DNA of 63,259 nt, filler included, from Octopus bimaculoides (Eukaryota): the NCBI RefSeq assembly GCF_001194135.2. It is 3 parts of 3 records of this genome, joined end to end, with 100 filler letters (N's around TTAATTAATTAA, not from the genome) between each part and the next. Parts side by side here need not be neighbours in the genome. Positions count along the whole stretch, not along the records: positions 16,431 to 37,034 come from NC_068997.1; 2 more parts are not named here. The stretch is one strand, 5' to 3'. Both the position numbers and the translations under genes were made by a program. The notes under the pieces are model-generated. The model was given only the letters and a program-made list of their open reading frames with translations, was not told the DNA's origin and did not search any database. Positions 23,612 to 34,080 of the stretch are shown here, piece after piece. How positions within the stretch are numbered: position 1 is the stretch's first letter; each line of letters opens with the position of its first letter.

Positions 23612-23774
23612 GTTCTGCATGTGAGCAGGCAAATGCTTTTGTTTGTATGTCAAACTCACCCCATCAACTCCCTTACTGAGATGAGCAGTGGCATGCTGAA
23701 ATGATGAAGGAGGTATCTCTTCATAAAAAACAATATCAAAATAAAACAAACAAAAAAAAACTACTTCCTTGCAG

Positions 23775-23902
23775 GTTTATCGTCATTGTTTAATGATAAT
23801 ACTAATGATGAATTAAAAGTCAAAACCTACATATATGGAAACAGGAAAACTATACTCAGAAAGGACCTGGAAAAAAAACTGAAAAATAAAATACGTGGAT
23901 CA
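23775..23902 (+). CDS. Candidate isolated coding exon, product unknown
   Basis: CTTCCTTGCAG acceptor, GTATGT donor, open frame (G)LSSLFNDNTNDELKVKTYIYGNRKTILRKDLEKKLKNKIRGS. I recognise no homology. Confidence 0.25.
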
Positions 23903-23992
23903 GTATGTATTGAAAGTGTGTTTATAAGGACGTATGTGTCTGTAATGGTACCTGTTATGATAGTTGTAACGATATGCAATGGCTCTTGTCAC

Positions 23993-24756
23993 ATCAGAAG
24001 GAAGTAATTCTTTTGAGTCGGGGGTCACCAGTTGTAATGGTAATGTATAATGATATATGTTGATTGTAACGGGTGTTGATGTTGCAGATGTGCAAGATGA
24101 AAGAAGAACTGATCAAAGTTGATGTTGACACCAATTTTTTGTTTACCGTTACTTAATATAATGCCATGCTTTGATGGGCAGGTGTGTATAATAATATAAG
24201 TGGAAAAGCATGCAAGGTAAATAAAGTTAATTTCGGCCTGTATATGTGTGTACACGATCTCATAGTAGTATATATAGAGAGATATGGTAACGTTGCAGAA
24301 AAACAGAAATTGAGCTAATGAAAGCAAGAGGGTGGGATGAGACAACTTCTATGTTGGTTAATTCCATAGTTGTCACTCTGTGAAGTTACTTCAGTCAAGA
24401 CAGCATTTCGTTTGAGCCGGTCAGCCTCCTCTTTGTCAGTTGCTCTCACTAACTGACTTTGGCTTATTGAGTTCTTGCATTTATAACTATACAAAACTAG
24501 TTAGAAGGAGTGACATATTGTTGAGAACAATAGATTTCGTTGGGGATACCTGTTATCTCAATTCTAAATTTTCATGGCCTAGAAGAGGTCAAGAGGGTCA
24601 AGTGGTAATGACATAAATCAGCTTAGCAAAGCCATATATTAAATGTAACTTGCTGTCAACCAGTGTTTCTCTGTGAGAAAAGTGCTGTTGAAATGTTAAG
24701 GGAAATTGGTAGATTCTGGTTAAAATCTACTCTATACCTAAATGAAGTCACTACAT
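23993..24756 (+). repeat. Local direct duplication, copy 1 (empty allele); copy 2 is split across 27887-28198, 28813-29026 and 34783-35049
   Basis: Colinear high-identity match by eye, e.g. GACATATTGTTGAGAACAATAGATTTCGTTGGGG...CACTACAT in both copies. Confidence 0.9.
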
Positions 24757-26106
24757 CATTTCTCCTCCAGAGAACTTCTGAGAAAAAGAAACAAATGATC
24801 CAGGAAAAGAAAGAAATGCATGGCTGAGGAAAAATTTTGCATATCAGGAGAGAGGATCATTGAAGTGTATATGGAACAATTTTCTATTTGGATAGGTCCG
24901 AATAGCGGTGTTGCATTGCATGTAAATATGTGCAGTCAGTGACTGGGCAGTACAGGAATGAGTTAGCGCATGCATGCAGGTGTATACACAAATGCAGGTG
25001 CACTTATCAAAATTTACTGCAAAATAAGCTCAGGTGAGTGAGTGAGTGTATTCTCAATCCATGATATTGTAGATCTTCTTGCAGGATTGCTGTATGAAAT
25101 GTCTTGAAGGTTTTTCAGAAATGAAATGTGTCTGGTGCTGTTGTCGTGGGTAATTGCCGAGGTTAGGAAGAACGAGTGAGGTATGCTGGAATGTTGTGCA
25201 AGACAGGTAACTTTTCTCCGTTTATTATGTGACCAAACAGTAATCTAACAGAAAAAAGTTATGTCTAAACATGAGTGCAGAGCATGTGAACATCCAACGT
25301 GCATTGATTTAGGAAAAGAGCTGAGTGGGCACAGACAGGTTGAAAAGAAGGCAGTCAAGACATCATTGAGTTGCGTGTGTATGCAAAAGTGTGAGCGAGG
25401 CTAGACACCAAGGAAAGATGCATGCATGTGCGTAACTAGGTGCAAGGCTGAGGCAGCATTGATTACAAATACAGTGTTGAATAAGCCAGTGATTGAGGTA
25501 TTAAATGCTTTGAAAGTGAAAGTGAGGTGTGCTGGCATGTTGTAAAGGACAAATAACTTTCTCTATGTATACATGACAGGCATGTAGTCTTACAGAGGTG
25601 AGTTGTGTCTACAAGGGCATAGAGAGGATGTGAAATAAGCGAGAAAGGTATGGTGTGGTGCATGAATGTGACAGTGTTAGCATGCAGGTACATGTATGAA
25701 CATTGTGTGCTGCAGTAAAAGAAATGAACAGTAGAAAAATGAGTAAACAAAAGTGATAAACTTAGCTGAAAAAAGTGTCCTTTCTTAAAAGTCTACTGCT
25801 GAAAAGTGAGGAAAACAAAATGTGTATGCAAAGAAAAAAGTTGTTGAGAGTCTATATGAAAGTCTTATATTCGTGCAGAAGTTCGTAGAAAATACAGGGT
25901 CTGTACATCAGGACGAGACGAAAAACGTGTGTGTGCCGGAGACGTTGCATGTGCGGGCTTCCGTAATTTCTTCCAGTTAGTTTCTAGGCAGGCAGCTGTC
26001 GAAATGCCACATTTATGAGCTTCCTTGGTCAATGGATTCTTTGTGTGTCGGCAGGGTTTCATTGTAGTGAAATGCATCGCAGTATAGTGCTTTGTGTAAC
26101 GCATTC

Positions 26107-27533
26107 TCTTTACCCTTTGAACGGCACATCGAGAAATTAATTTTTTGTAACTAAACACTTTCAAACTTCAGACACTGGTAGAATGTGTCATATAAAACAT
26201 CTTTTACTCATAGTGCTGTTGAGTAAAGTTTGTATTTTCAAAGTTATTTTGTGTTAAAGTTGTCGTATTTCGGTAATTTCAACCAATCAATGACATGTAT
26301 TCAGCTGAATAAAATTACTGCTGTTGTTTGTTAACATCAACTTCCGGTGGTGTATATATCGTTTGTCACTGTTATTTATGACATATTTCATCTCAGTTAT
26401 GTTTGTATGAATAAACAAGTGTATCTGAAGCATGTTTACTTCATGGCACCACCACAATTGTTCATGCATTTCTACTGCTTTTAGTTTTTTTTTTCCGTTT
26501 TTCAGCTACTATTCTCGGAAAGACATTTTTGCCCCTCCTCCAATTTCTTCATTTTTCACATTTTTCCGTAACTCTAACCCTAAAATCCCAACCCTAACCC
26601 TAACCCTAAAACCCCAACTCTAACCCTAAGACCCCAACCCTAACCCTAATCCTAAAACCCTAACTCTAACCCTAAAACCCCAACCTTAACCCTAACCCTA
26701 ATCCTAAAACCCTAACCTTAACCCTAACTTTAAAAACCTAACCCTAACCCTAAAACCCTGGAACCTTTTGGAACGCCTGCCGAAAGGTCCCTGATGCGCA
26801 TGCACAGAAAACCAGCAGCAGCAGAGTTCTCTAGTATCTCAGACTCGAGACGCAGCCCCTGAACTAGGCGGACGTGTTCTCAGCAGCTCTCTGTTCGCCT
26901 CTGCTGCTGACCGTTATTTGACCAGCTCGGTATTTGACCTGCCTTCACAAAGTATGATTCACTCTGACTTTGCTGCTTCCACACCAAACCTGGCTACTGA
27001 TTGTTCCGAGGTGTACATTTTTGTACATACAGAATAAAAGGATTGTTTTTATGTTCGGATGTTTTTTTGTTCTGCTAATTTCCTCTAACATTTATGTAAG
27101 GAATTGTGTGGCACCCTTCCAGTGCCAACCAATATTTATCATCTTACAAACCCTAACCCAGACCCTAAAACACTATCCTAACCCTAACTCTAAAACCCGA
27201 ACCCTAACCCTAACCCTAAAACCCGAAAGCTAAAACCAGTACAAACATACAAACAATATTATAAATAACAGTGACAAACGAAATATACACCGCCGATAGT
27301 TGTTGTTGACAAACAACAGCAGTAATTTTATTCAGCTGAATACACGTCATTGATTGGTTGAAATTACGGAAATACAACAACTTTAACACAAAATAACTTT
27401 GAAAATATAAACTTTTCTCAACGGCACTAAGAGTAAAAGATGTTTTATATGACACATTCTACCAGTGTTCGAAGTTTGAAAGTGTTTAGTTACAAAAAAT
27501 TAATTTCTCGATGTGCTGTTCAAAGGGAAAAGA
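26107..27533. mobile_element. Foldback/MITE-like element with ~270-bp terminal inverted repeats and two internal (TAACCC)n-like tracts
   Basis: 26107-26379 is the reverse complement of 27261-27533. Degenerate CCCTAA arrays at 26571-26758 and 27148-27225 bracket a GC-rich core. Confidence 0.8.
26571..26758 (+). repeat. Interstitial degenerate telomere-like (CCCTAA)n array
   Basis: Directly visible; mixed CCCTAA/CCCTAAAA/CCCCAA units. Confidence 0.9.
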
Positions 27534-28198
27534 TCCCACGTTCTGTAAACAAGTGGAGCGAGAGTTGTGGTTTGACAAAAGTGGAGTGTATTTGTGGAAC
27601 TTGAATTGTAACTGTGGAATCTGATTATCAGTGGATGACATGAAGTTAGATTGAGGCTGTACATTGAGTTGATAAAGGTGTATTTTGGCGCTGACGAATG
27701 CTGTCATTCTTTTCGTTTGGTATGACGACTGTTGGAGCAAAGTAAAAGGCGGTTGAAAAGAAAGCCGTATTTCTTTAGCTCGGCTCACCAAATATGTATG
27801 TGATGACGTAATGGAACACGCAGTATCAGAAAAGCGGGTTCTTTTTAAGTTGTGTCAGTAAGAAAAAGATAGCATCTAATGTAGCTTCAGAAGGCAACAA
27901 TTCTTTTTAGATGGAGTGACCAGTTGTAACGGTAATGCATAATTTTATATGTTGATTGTTAGCAGTTACCAATTGTAACAGGTGTTGATGTTGCAGATGT
28001 GTAAGATGAAAGAAAAACAGTGATCAAAGTTGATGTTTAATTCTATTTTTTGTTTGTTTACCGTTACTTAATATAATGCCATGCCTCGACGGGCAGGTGT
28101 GTGTAATAATATAAGTGGAAAAGCATGTGAGGTAAAGAAAGTTAATTTCGGCCTGTATATGTGTGTACACGATTTCATAGTAGTATATAGAGAGAGAT

Positions 28199-28812
28199 GG
28201 CATAACTACAGAGGTGTACCCGCCCAGTTGTACCATCCGTAGATTTCTAATCAAGTAATAGACAGTGAAGAGAAGCCGTCATAAGAAAACTTACGTTAAA
28301 AATAACATGCACACGATTTTTTTTCTCAATAGAAGTAAATTCCAAAGTAAACATTTCTAGTAGAGAAGTAGAAGAGAACAGAAGCAGCGTATATTACTTC
28401 ATTAGAAATCTACGGATGCACATACGCACATACTAGAGAAAAATGAAACAATTATGGACGACTTGCTCCGAAACATCACCGAGTGGGGAACACCTCTGTA
28501 AAATAACCTGCAGTTGTTTCCTTCAAAATTCCTACATGCTCGAAATGTACATACATCAAGGTATATTTGTAGAAAATTTCACGAAAAAATATTCATTTTC
28601 CTGGAAGTTAAGAGGAATTTAAGTGGATTCTGTTGGAATTTCCGAAAATTGTCCCCCACCCCCATTCCAAAACACTTTCACCGGAAATTTTTGTATATTC
28701 GGAATCTACATAGTAAATACTATATGCATAGAAAATTTCATAAAAAAATATTAATTTTTCTGAAAGTTATGACCTTCCAAAAGTCTGAGGGGTACAACTC
28801 TGTAGTTATGCC
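28199..28812. mobile_element. Mutator(MULE)-like MITE, 614 bp
   Basis: TIR GGCATAACTACAGAGGTGTACCC / GGGTACAACTCTGTAGTTATGCC and 9-bp TSD GAGAGAGAT (28190-28198, 28813-28821). Absent from the paralogous site near 24280. Confidence 0.85.
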
Positions 28813-29124
28813 GAGAGAGATATGGTAATGTTGCAGAGAAAAGAAATTGAGCTAATGAAAGTGAGAGGGTGGGATGAGACAACTTCTATGCTGGTTAAAT
28901 CCATAGTTGTCACTCTGTGAAGTTACTTCAGTCGAGACAGCATTTCGTTTGAGCCAGTCAGCCTCCTCTTTGTCGGTTGCTCTCACTAACCGACTTTGGC
29001 TTACGGAGTTCTTGTATTTATAATTACTAACTGGGCCCGTGAAAAATTCACGGAGAATATAAAAAATGTAAACATCTGTAAATTGTGTGCTGGTGCCTAG
29101 AGAAATGTTTCTATATTGTGACAG

Positions 29125-29343
29125 TTAAAGGCTGCGAGCTGGTAGAATCGTTAGCATGCCGGGCGAAATGCCTAGCGGTATTTCGTCTGTCTTTACGTTT
29201 TCAGTTCAAATTCTGCCGAGGTCGACTTTGCCTTTTCATCCTTTCGGGGTTGATAAATTAAGTACCAGTTGCGTACTGGAGTCGATCGAATCGACTGGCC
29301 CCTCCCCACAAAAATTTCAGGACTTGTGCCTATGGCAGAAAAG
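29125..29343 (+). mobile_element. SINE-A inserted in the Helitron
   Basis: SINE-A body; TSD TATATTGTGACAG 29112-29124 / TATATTGCAACAG 29344-29356. Confidence 0.9.
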
Positions 29344-29356
29344 TATATTGCAACAG

Positions 29357-30075
29357 GGCCACGACCAGGAGGTCGTGTAACATTGGTTCCAAATGAGGGG
29401 AACGAATACATTGAGTTATAGTTTCTAATGTTCTGTCTAAAATTCATTCCTTCACTGTTGGTATTCTCCAAAAGTTGTTTTAATTGGTCAGGATATTTTT
29501 GGAAACCTTACCATTACGGTAGCAATTAAATGCTTCCTGCGGAAATCTGCGTGCATGACAGTGTGGGCATACTACGTTCATCTCATCAATCGTAAACCGA
29601 GAATTTTGTTGTTCTTTTATTATATTCCGTCTTCTTATTTGAGCTCTGTCTGTCATAAGATAATTCTGTGTTTCATCTTCTTCCATATTTTCCCTTCTTT
29701 CTTGAACTCTGTTTCTCATATCTTGAAGGTAATTCTGCCTTTCATATGTTCTTTTCTTTCTTGAACTCCGCTTCTCATATTTTCTAAGTACAGCTGCCTT
29801 TGCTTTTGACTCATATATTCTCGATACTGTTGATTTCTATCTCTCTTATTTTGAAAATACAATTCTCATAGATCCTAGCTCATTTGTTCTATCCTTTGCT
29901 GATTTCTTTCCTTCCTATGCCGTAGGATACGCTCCCTCACCTCTTGGATTATTTTGGTTCTTCTTTGTCTTAGCTTCGTACGATTTTGATTCCTTATTTC
30001 TTCCCGCTGTTCCTTGCGCAACTGTTCTCTCCTTCTACGATGACTCTCTTATGCTGCGTCCCTCGTGATTATCTG
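29357..30075 (-). pseudogene. Helitron RepHel N-terminal relic (charged repeats plus zinc-binding region)
   Basis: IDEMNVVCPHCHARRFPQEAFNCYRNGKVS, then after a frameshift YPDQLKQLLENTNSEGMNFRQNIRNYNSMYSFPSFGTNVTRPPGRGP, typical of the Helitron RepHel N-terminus. Truncated before the Rep and helicase domains. Confidence 0.85.
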
Positions 30076-30380
30076 TATTTTAAAACTTCTTATTAAAACA
30101 ATAAATCTCCAAAATGATTCAGAGTGTTTCAATTAAAAAACATATACGAATGTATTAGACAGTTTTTGTTTAAAAAGTGAAAATATTTCTGAAATACTCA
30201 CCTAATATGCAAGGACACAGTATGGATATAGGATACGATAATTAACTATATTGTAGGAATGTAAAAAGTAAAGGGGAAAAATAGAATTAATATTTTTCAT
30301 TTTGTTCGGCTTTACGAATTTAATTTTTTTAAATGCTTTTGTCTATTGCTTGATACAAGAAACAAATTGGAAAACATCCT

Positions 30381-30840
30381 GGGTAGAGATGGACTATATG
30401 TAATCTGAACCTTTCCCCCCCTTATTTATTAATTTTTTTACGGAATCCCACGTTTTAGGCTATGGAGATTCCGATTCTGAAAAAAAGTNNNNNNNNNNNN
30501 NNNNNNNNNNNNNNNNNNNNNNNNNNNNNNNNNNNNNNNNNNNNNNNNNNNNNNNNNNNNNNNNNNNNNNNNNNNNNNNNNNNNNNNNNNNNNNNNNNNN
30601 NNNNNNNNNNNNNNNNNNNNTAGGGTTAGGGTTAGGGTTTGAGTTAGGGTTAGGTTTACCCTGTGGATCTATATAAAAACCGGGGGGGGGGGGGATCGAA
30701 ATTTTGAAATTGAGATTAAAAAATTTTTTTTTTTCAGAATCGGATTCTCCATGGTCTGAAACATAGGATTCCGTAAAAAAAAACAAAATTTAAAAGTGGG
30801 GGTATACCCAGATTACATATACTCCATCTCCACCAAACCC
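30381..30840. mobile_element. MITE with ~110-bp imperfect inverted repeats, GGG...CCC termini and a (TTAGGG)n core
   Basis: 30383-30486 is inverted against ~30725-30833, with TTAGGG repeats at 30621-30657. Absent from the paralogous Helitron-internal unit at ~31095-31270. Confidence 0.7.
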
Positions 30841-31279
30841 TGACCACAACAGAGAAATTCTAACTTAGCAAAAAATACAGAAAGAGAAAGTTGTTTATTT
30901 CTATCATGCGACACTTATTATTGCACACACGCATATACACACATACATTCATATATATGTGTGTGTGTCTTTTAGTTTTTGTTTACTTACACACTTCAAC
31001 AAATGAGCCAATTGAACAACTCTGTGTGGTTGTTCAATTTGCTAGAAATAACAGCCAAATCTCTCTCATATTATGATCTTGTTAGTATTAAGGAAATGGA
31101 AAAAATAGATTTTTGATTTTGTTCGGGTCTATGAATTTTATTCTCTTTTTTAAATGCTTTAGTCCATTACTCGATATAAGAAAGAAAAAAAAAGAAGAAA
31201 CGGGAAAAATCGTGACCAAAACAGAAAATTTGTAACTTAACAAAAAATATAGAAAGAGAAAGAAAAAGTTGTTTAGATG

Positions 31280-31600
31280 GTGCAGGTTGTCGTTGACACT
31301 TTTTCAATGAATGTCCACAGTGAACAGTTTAGGTGTGCTTTTAAGAGTGCGAAAGGGTCCAGTGTAGAGAGGTGTGAGTGGTCCCTTGATGGCATCATTT
31401 CTTACAAGCACGTGAGTCCAGGTAGAAATATCTGGAGGTACTGCAGAGGAAATAGACTGGTCACAAGGACGCATTGGTGGTAGGTCAGCAAGGAATGACC
31501 TGAGTCTCGTGAAGGAAGATGTAGGGTCTGCAATCGGTAAGTTGACGGGCATGTAGTGTGTGCTGTGTCATCTCACCATTTCAGTTGGTTTAGTGGTCTG
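31280..31600 (-). pseudogene. Gypsy (CsRn1/Mag-like) integrase C-terminal GPY/F region
   Basis: ORF 31304-31552: PTSSFTRLRSFLADLPPMRP...VPPDISTWTHVLVRNDAIKGPLTPLYTGPFRTLKSTPKLFTVDI. Confidence 0.85.
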
Positions 31601-31650
31601 GAATGTTGTAGTCATCATTATAGAAGGATAAGTGTCCATACTGTGTCGGT

Positions 31651-31663
31651 GTCGGGGTTACCA
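31651..31663 (-). promoter_or_regulatory. Primer-binding-site-like motif (tRNA-Trp)
   Basis: TGGTAACCCCGAC versus the canonical tRNA-Trp PBS TGGTGACCCCGAC, upstream of the integrase relic on the same strand. Confidence 0.5.
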
Positions 31664-32095
31664 CTTTAGCAGGATATGTTCATTTTCACGTTGTGGTCAC
31701 TACTTTAGATGGTTAGTGGCCACATCACTTTAAATGTTATAGGTTGTGGTGTCATCTAATGAGACTCCGCTCAGAAGGTTGTAATGTTGTTTGGTAGTAG
31801 ACCCTGATGAAGAATATACAAACACAAGGCTGGTGACTTTAAATATGTTTATTGTGGTCACATGTATATATATACACAAGCTGAATGAAGTGGCTGATGT
31901 ACATTTGTTCATATATCTACAGGCATCTGCATGGGTTGTGTGTTAGCTGTTAATCCTGGTGAGAAGCTCACGAACAGCGATGTGTAGGAACCAGTGTAGT
32001 GTGTTGGTGCTGTGTAGATGTTGGCAACGTTGGTGAGAGACATCAGTGGTGTCAACGAAGATGGGGGTCGCTGCAATGTGATCAGTGGTTAGAAA
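31664..32095 (-). mobile_element. Putative 3' part (R/U5) of a Gypsy 5' LTR; the U3 part is probably at 33959-34286
   Basis: Lies between the PBS-like motif and the insertion site, contains AATAAA, and joins a TATA/Inr promoter once the retroposon is removed. No second LTR is seen. Confidence 0.4.
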
Positions 32096-32111
32096 GTCAG
32101 GAACCAACTGA

Positions 32112-33942
32112 TTTCTTTATTTGGCACCCAGGCCATAACAAAATGGGGACAGCACAAGGACAGACAAAACACCACGGTGGGGACAAAAAACATAAAACGA
32201 ATGAAGATGAATAAAATGTATAATGAAATCGATGACAATGAAATGGCTGCATTGAACCCCACTTCTCAAGCAGGATCATTTAACTGTTAATATATACAAG
32301 TTATGAAAGTTTTCTTTTTTTCCTGTTTTTTTTTTAAAGTCTATTTCCTTTTTTCCTTTTCTTTTTCTCCTTTGTTAAAAAGTCTATTTCTTTTTTTCCT
32401 TCCTCTTTTAAAGTACTCCTCTCTTACCATTCTTTAGAAGTGTTAACTCCTCGTATGTAACTACTTTCGGTAGTTCTTCAAATTCAATTTCTTTCCCCAA
32501 AGGGTTCACTTCATCTACAAATAGTTCTTTCAACTTTTTATATCTTTCCTTGTCAATCACCACTCCCTTTATGTGTTCCGGGTAATGTTCAGCTGGTAAT
32601 TTAATCCTAATGGCACCTTTGAATTTCGTTATTTTCCGCTCTATGGTGGTACTTTTCACTTATGTTACTACATGCCATTTTTTCTTATTAGTATTTACAG
32701 GTTTACGCTCCTGACCTGGACTGTCCGGGCTATTCATTTTCCTTGGTTCCTCCATCTGTACATACCCATAATCGTCCACGATTATATCTTCCACTCTATG
32801 TTGCAATACTTCTGCTAGTGTATCTGACCAGTTCCTCTGTACCTCCTCTATTTTCTCCTCTACTTCCTTCTTTTGTTTTTGATTCTCTGTCGGAGAGTTT
32901 ATCCGCTCTTTTCTCTTTCGCTTTTTTACAACATTAAACGTCTCCTCTTTATTTTCCTTCATTTCCGACCCCTCTTCGCATTGTCGTTCCTCTACTTCAC
33001 TTTCTTGCTGAGGGCACTTTGCTCTCATATGTCCTTTTTGTTTACATAGAAAGCATATTGGAGGTATTCCATCTACCACCACTCTTAGCATAATGTCTTC
33101 TGGTAGAAGAATCTCTTCTACAATTCAATATGAGTCTTTTAACCCAACTTGAATTACCATTTATATGCCATAGCCCAACAATTAACTTCCTTCGTTCTGG
33201 TTATCTTCAGAATTCTTGCATCTTCCTCCATTTCATGCATGACTGCTGCCACCAGCCATGCCTCTTCGATCTGCCGACTCTCACTCTGGCAACATGTTTT
33301 CCACAGTACATCGACAGCAGCAGCCACTCTTGTGTCCTTATTGGCTCAGTGGAGTGGTTAATAGCAGCCTCCTCACTGGAGAACCTAACCTCCACTGTGC
33401 CGTATTTTCTTCCACGTGTATAGTAGGTGGTTAACCCTCTCACTTCACCTAGACATTCCTCTATTGCCTCTACTGGAGCAATCTCTATTTTCTTGGTAGC
33501 GGTTGATAATGTCCTGTACACAACTGTCTTCCTTGTTACATTCTTCGTCACTTCTTCTGGTGGGGTCAGCTTTAAACTGGTCCCTTCCTTTTGTAACAAT
33601 TTGTTTCCTTTTTTCCATTCCTTTGTCTCTATTTTTATCTCACGAACTTCAAGGGTGTTGGTCGTAATACCTTGTGTAGTTGCGGACACATAACTTGCGA
33701 CACGTTCCATTTCTCCTCTTTTTACCACTTTACCCATAATGGAGAAGAAACAATTTTCAAAAACAGGCAGAACGCAGCAACAAAAAATCAACAATTTAAC
33801 AATTTAAACAATTCAACGAATCTTGGTTCTCCTGTGCGGGGAGACCTACAACAAATATATAATAACAGTGTGTAACAATTCGAACTCACGTCAAAGAAAC
33901 TACTACCAACACCCTTTCGGCTTTACAAAGCTCACCGACTTG
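32112..33942 (-). mobile_element. Full-length gag/ORF1-only non-LTR retroposon (1.83 kb)
   Basis: 16-bp TSD with one mismatch: GTCAGGAACCAACTGA 32096-32111 / GTCTGGAACCAACTGA 33943-33958. About 200 bp 5' UTR, a single ORF and a ~300-bp 3' UTR ending AATAAAGAAAT. No EN/RT remnant seen. Confidence 0.8.
32408..33737 (-). pseudogene. L1/Tx1-type ORF1 (gag-like) with CCHC zinc knuckle, ~440 codons, disrupted
   Basis: ORFs 33207-33794, 32660-33091 and 32408-32659 join. Motifs YGTVEVRFSSEEAA and CFLCKQKGHMRAKC (CX2CX4HX4C), then a K/E-rich C-terminus. About 2 frameshifts and 3 stops. Confidence 0.82.
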
Positions 33943-33952
33943 GTCTGGAACC

Positions 33953-34080
33953 AACTGACGCTGAGCCTAAGAAGGGGTGAGCTTTTATAGCTGACATGTA
34001 GGCTCAAATGCTTGTTTGGAACAAACTGTCTCACGTGACTTATTTGAAGGCTGCGATTGGTTGGGTTGCATATTGGCGCA
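33953..34080 (-). promoter_or_regulatory. Pol II core-promoter-like module: CCAAT boxes, GTCACGTGA, TATAAAAG, TCAGTT initiator
   Basis: TATAAAAG at 33982-33989 lies ~33 nt upstream of the Inr A (33956). Two CCAAT motifs and a CACGTG lie further upstream. Confidence 0.5.

Noticed and set aside
25865-26164. 99-aa ORF as a gene or transposase
   Set aside because: It starts inside the foldback TIR and has no motif I recognise.
26571-27225. True chromosome end or telomere
   Set aside because: The arrays are short, degenerate, internal and enclosed by inverted repeats.
31730-31912. Integrase zinc-finger reading of this ORF
   Set aside because: The HHCC residues are not recoverable. The region lies upstream of the PBS-like motif and has AATAAA, which fits an LTR better.
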